Shown here: positions 60,378 to 64,000 of the stretch, in pieces
How the letters are laid out: each line of letters opens with the position of its first letter
How positions within the stretch are numbered: the first letter of the stretch is position 1
NCBI GenBank assembly: GCA_040903985.1
Contig: JBBDUI010000002.1
Coordinates: 29,361 to 93,360, forward strand
DNA: 64,000 nucleotides
Direction of reading: 5' to 3'
From: Candidatus Saccharimonadales bacterium
GTDB lineage: Bacteria; Patescibacteriota; Saccharimonadia; QS-5-54-17
Program-made: the position numbers and the translations under genes
Notes under the pieces: generated by a model
Database searches by the model: none
What the model saw: the letters and a program-made list of their open reading frames with translations, nothing else
What the model was told of the DNA's origin: nothing

Positions 60378-60495
60378 AACCAAGATTTAAATTTAGACTA
60401 CTGCTGTTTTGTACTGACTTTTTTGACGATCGTCAAAAAATTTATTACAAGTTTTTTTGACTTTGGATGGATATTTAGTGCGATCTTGGCTTTAG
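60374..60495. repeat. About 122-bp palindromic intergenic element containing 38-bp copy B
   Basis: Outer IR CTAAAACCAAGAT/ATCTTGGCTTTAG; central perfect palindrome TTTTTTGACGATCGTCAAAAAA. Confidence 0.7.
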
Positions 60496-60501
60496 TTATA
60501 G

Positions 60502-62154
60502 CTAATTTCTAGTATCGTCGGGACGGGCAATCCGCTTCTTCTCAGTCACGTTAAATGCTTCGAGATACTTACCAAATAGCAGCCGAGTCTGAGCATTCAG
60601 AGCAGCCATACTACCGAAGACTATCAAGGTGACCGGCACAAAAGCCCACTGTAGCACCATCATCACGCTACGCAGCGGACCGTAACGATCCGGCCGCGGC
60701 GGCAGACTCATCAGACTGCTTGCAATTGGTGCTAGGAGACCGATTAAAGCCCCGGTTTGGATCAAGCTGACGATGGTCGGTAACTGCACGGCTAAAATCG
60801 AATCCGATGCCTCAACATTAATCAGTAGCGGCAGCCAGCCACCGCCCGCCAGAATGATCGGGGCGACAACCCAACTGAGATAGCCCTCGATCTGCCGAAA
60901 GTTATGCACGATTCGACTAGAGAGAGGTATCTCCGGCTCATGAAATGAACGGCGTAGGACGAACGGAGTATCGGCCACCCCCCAGGCCCAGCGACGTAGC
61001 TGATAAAACTGCGCCTTAAAGGTGCGCCAGTAACCTTCAACCAATACAGCATCCTGATAAATCGGACTGAATATAGGTAAGACTTTATGCTCGCCCTTGT
61101 AGGCGAAATAGGTGCGCCAGTACTGATGTCCATCCTCGACGATCGAAGCGACATTCCAGTAGTCAACATCGATAAGGGTTTGCAAGCTCTGGGCATGAGC
61201 CGAGAAGTTACGCAAACGGTGGGGTCGTAGCGCCTCCATCAACACCCAGAAGCTATTACTGACCGCGATGACCCGCATCAGAGCCGGAGCGTCCCAGATG
61301 TTGTTAAAGAACATCGGAATCGGTTGGTAAGAGTTATGTGTCCGGTTCGGTGTGATGGCATAGCAGTAGGCTGCCTCAGCAAAATAATTCGGACTGGGAC
61401 GGTTATCGACATCAAGTGTCGTCACCATCACTTGCTCGGGATTAATCGCCTGCTCCTCGATATAGCCGGTCAGCCAGCGCGCAGCATAGGTGATATTACC
61501 GGCCTTAGCCTTGGCTTCACCCGGCATATCGGCTGGATGCTCGATCGCAACCGCGGTTTTAAAGATTGGCGCGTGCTGAGCTGCTAAAGCCCGCGCGGCC
61601 GCTGCCGTCTCAGCCCCACCCCGTGCCTCGTGGGCGATGATTAGTATCATCTTATGTGCATCGTAGTTACTATCGATCACGGCCTGCACGGTCGAAGCTA
61701 ATATCTCAGCATCTTCGTTATAGATCGCAATAATTACTGCATGGTAGATATCTTCCGGTGGCATGATCGTATCTCTAGCTTTATGCGCCGACACCAGATA
61801 CTTACTATAGTATTTTATAACCTGTCGCTCGCGCCAATTCTTAGCCTTACTCAGCCGCAGCTGTAAACGCTCCAAGGCGAGCTCTGTATCATTCAAATCC
61901 ATCAGCCGTAGTTGCCAGTCAACCCGACGGCTGAGCCGCATCCGCCAGTAAGCACGAATTAGACGGTTACTATAGCCAAATATCTTGGTCAGCCACCACA
62001 GCGTATAGCCGATCAGTATATAAGCGGCCGTAACGATCGAAAAGTAACTCACCACGATCACTATGATAAAAAAAGACCAGGACATCGCCCCGGTTGCGAT
62101 TTCTAGGACGCGCTGTGTACGATCATGATACTGACTGCCGGCGACGGTTTTCAT
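60502..62154 (-). CDS. GT2 family processive-type membrane glycosyltransferase
   Basis: KAGN, TLDVD, VEDG, QLRRWAWG; ATG 62154. Confidence 0.88.
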   Translation of the reverse strand: MKTVAGSQYHDRTQRVLEIATGAMSWSFFIIVIVVSYFSIVTAAYILIGYTLWWLTKIFGYSNRLIRAYWRMRLSRRVDWQLRLMDLNDTELALERLQLRLSKAKNWRERQVIKYYSKYLVSAHKARDTIMPPEDIYHAVIIAIYNEDAEILASTVQAVIDSNYDAHKMILIIAHEARGGAETAAAARALAAQHAPIFKTAVAIEHPADMPGEAKAKAGNITYAARWLTGYIEEQAINPEQVMVTTLDVDNRPSPNYFAEAAYCYAITPNRTHNSYQPIPMFFNNIWDAPALMRVIAVSNSFWVLMEALRPHRLRNFSAHAQSLQTLIDVDYWNVASIVEDGHQYWRTYFAYKGEHKVLPIFSPIYQDAVLVEGYWRTFKAQFYQLRRWAWGVADTPFVLRRSFHEPEIPLSSRIVHNFRQIEGYLSWVVAPIILAGGGWLPLLINVEASDSILAVQLPTIVSLIQTGALIGLLAPIASSLMSLPPRPDRYGPLRSVMMVLQWAFVPVTLIVFGSMAALNAQTRLLFGKYLEAFNVTEKKRIARPDDTRN

Positions 62155-62325
62155 ACATAACCAGCGTATAGACTTATAGGTACCGGGTAAAGAGCTAGGC
62201 GGAGACACAAGGGTAGTAAGTCTTCCACTCAAAACGGTATAAGTAATAGTAATGAGTACCGCTACCGCTCATCCGAAAGCCAAAATTTCAGTATAACGCC
62301 CCCAACGCGTTATACTTATTAGTAT

Positions 62326-63168
62326 ATGTTAATCGGTCTACACGTATCATCCAGCGGGGGAGTAGAGCAGGCACCGGAACGAGCCGCTAAAGAAACCGGT
62401 GAGGCGCTACAGATATTTGCTGGCAGTCCTCGGATGTGGCGCAAAACTATCTTTTCCAGCGAGCAAGGTGAAGCGTTCCAGGCCAATATGCGCCAGCACA
62501 ATATCGCTCAGGCTTTCGTCCACGTGATGTACCTTACTAGCTACGGAGCGCCAGATACTGAGCACCGAGCAAAATCGGTTGATGCCTTCATCACCGCACT
62601 TACCAACTGCGATACCCTAGGTTGTCGTGGTGCCGTAACCCATCTCGGCTCTCATAAAGGATTAGGTTTCGAGCAGGCATTGCCGCGCATCGCCGCCAGT
62701 TTAAATAAGGTCCTAGCTAGTGATACTAAGGCGCAAGTAATCTTAGAGAACTCAGCCGGTGCTGGCGGCAATATTGGTAACAGCTTTGAAGAATTAGCCG
62801 CCATAATTGAAGCTTGCGATAACCATCCCCGATTGAAGATCTGCCTCGATACAGCGCACGCCTTTACCGCCGGTTACGATCTACGAGGAGAATCCGAATG
62901 GCAAACACTAATGCAAGAGTTCGATAGCATCATCGGACTTGACCGCCTGGCTGTCATGCACCTGAATGATTCGAAAGCCGAATTCACCAGTCGAAAAGAC
63001 CGTCACGAAAATATCGGAGACGGCTATATCGGCAGTGAGGCCTTTACAGCCATTATCAACGACGAACGACTCAGTAGCACCGCCGGCATCCTGGAAGTAC
63101 CTGGTCTAGATGGTAGTGGCCCTGATCAGGCTAATGTCGACCGCCTGCGAGCGCTTCGTCGTGGCTGA
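62326..63168 (+). CDS. nfo: Endonuclease IV
   Basis: IGLHVS, HLGS, LENSAG, CLDTAH, HLNDSK, DRHENIG. Confidence 0.94.
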   Translation: MLIGLHVSSSGGVEQAPERAAKETGEALQIFAGSPRMWRKTIFSSEQGEAFQANMRQHNIAQAFVHVMYLTSYGAPDTEHRAKSVDAFITALTNCDTLGCRGAVTHLGSHKGLGFEQALPRIAASLNKVLASDTKAQVILENSAGAGGNIGNSFEELAAIIEACDNHPRLKICLDTAHAFTAGYDLRGESEWQTLMQEFDSIIGLDRLAVMHLNDSKAEFTSRKDRHENIGDGYIGSEAFTAIINDERLSSTAGILEVPGLDGSGPDQANVDRLRALRRG

Positions 63169-63937
63169 TTACCTCAAGCAAACCAGCGAGCCGCTCTTTC
63201 CGGATATATTTTGGAACAAACCCATAAACAAACGTGCAGCTGGATCATTACTCATGCTCGGTGGCCATGGTCAACAGTTCAGCGGCCTGCAGGCCGTCTA
63301 CACTTTAGTCCAGGCCTTCGGTGTCGGTACTGCCCGATTGGTACTACCCGACTCATTGCGTAGTATGGTTGGCGCCATGGAGAACGGGGTCTTCCTGCCC
63401 AGTACACCCTCAGGCTCATTTGCTAGCAGTGCGGCAGAAGAGGCCATCGTAATGGCCAACGAGCACGATGGCGTGCTTCTACCTGGCGAGCTATCAAACA
63501 ACAACGAAACGACCAGCTTCCTAGAATCATTAGTCACTAACACTAAGAGCCACATCTTTACCAGTGGAGAGGTCATCGAACAGCTACTCCCCGTTCCTCA
63601 TGCTATTGCAAATATTGCGGGCTTCGTTGCCACTCCACTGCAGCTCTCGCGCTGGGCTAAAGCGCTGCACGTTCCGATTTACGTCAAGACACCGGACCTA
63701 CACAAAGAAATTGAGCTCCTGACTGCGCTAGGTGAACTAGGTGATCAACTCCTTATCTCCTACACCCCGCAGCAGATTATCGCTAACTATGGTGGGGAGA
63801 TAAGCGTAACCCCGACCAATGATGCCACGTTAAGCGCCGTACTAGCCGCCATCACAGTATTCTGCCTGCAGCACACTGACCGCTTCCAAGCAGCTACTAG
63901 TGGAATCTGGCAAGCTACCCACCCACGTCCTCTCTAG
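63161..63937 (+). CDS. Degenerate NnrD/YjeF-C (ribokinase-like) protein
   Basis: KRAAGSLLMLGG, GVGTARL; several canonical motifs missing; GTG 63161 overlaps the nfo end. Confidence 0.55.
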   Translation: MADYLKQTSEPLFPDIFWNKPINKRAAGSLLMLGGHGQQFSGLQAVYTLVQAFGVGTARLVLPDSLRSMVGAMENGVFLPSTPSGSFASSAAEEAIVMANEHDGVLLPGELSNNNETTSFLESLVTNTKSHIFTSGEVIEQLLPVPHAIANIAGFVATPLQLSRWAKALHVPIYVKTPDLHKEIELLTALGELGDQLLISYTPQQIIANYGGEISVTPTNDATLSAVLAAITVFCLQHTDRFQAATSGIWQATHPRPL

Positions 63938-64000
63938 TACTACCAGCACTACACGCTATGTCGTGCCTTATTTTAAAGTTACCCCTATATGCATAAGAGA

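Noticed and set aside
62295-62320. Hairpin AGTATAACGC/GCGTTATACT
   Set aside because: Best explained as back-to-back TATACT -10 elements of divergent promoters.

Overview
Bacterial chromosomal window. The gene content and order (rplJ-rplL without rpoB, Zn-module-less DnaX, paired AI-2E transporters, GH1/GH-A/GT2 cluster, degenerate NnrD) suggest a Candidate Phyla Radiation (Patescibacteria, probably Saccharibacteria-like) genome; this is inference. 1-12.8 kb is housekeeping (GGDEF, rplJL with L10 leader, dnaX, dnaB, GT39, ybaB, recR, DHH, cysS). A tRNA-Gln(TTG) at 13215-13289 is flanked by structured, tRNA-derived repeat elements. It opens an accessory tract whose first single-gene units are separated by 32-bp tRNA-3'-end-like repeats. 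The tract includes a coupled three-gene operon (16981-21688) of phage-tail-like beta proteins sharing an Fn3-like module: intact in gene 3, interrupted by a ~430-aa insert in gene 2, and split between gene 1 and the tail of gene 2. Genes 2 and 3 end in an identical EIIRFERWGVVQI tail. The rest encodes two Crp/Fnr regulators with three CRP boxes, a Gre-like factor lacking one catalytic acidic residue, a PAS kinase module, PBP1A, TypA, a DEAD helicase, CIRCE-controlled Hsp20, glycosyltransferases and hydrolases, and Nfo. A pair of 38-bp quasi-palindromes brackets the 50.4-60.4 kb segment. No CRISPR array, integrase or transposase was seen. All calls are from motif recognition by eye; no searches were run.
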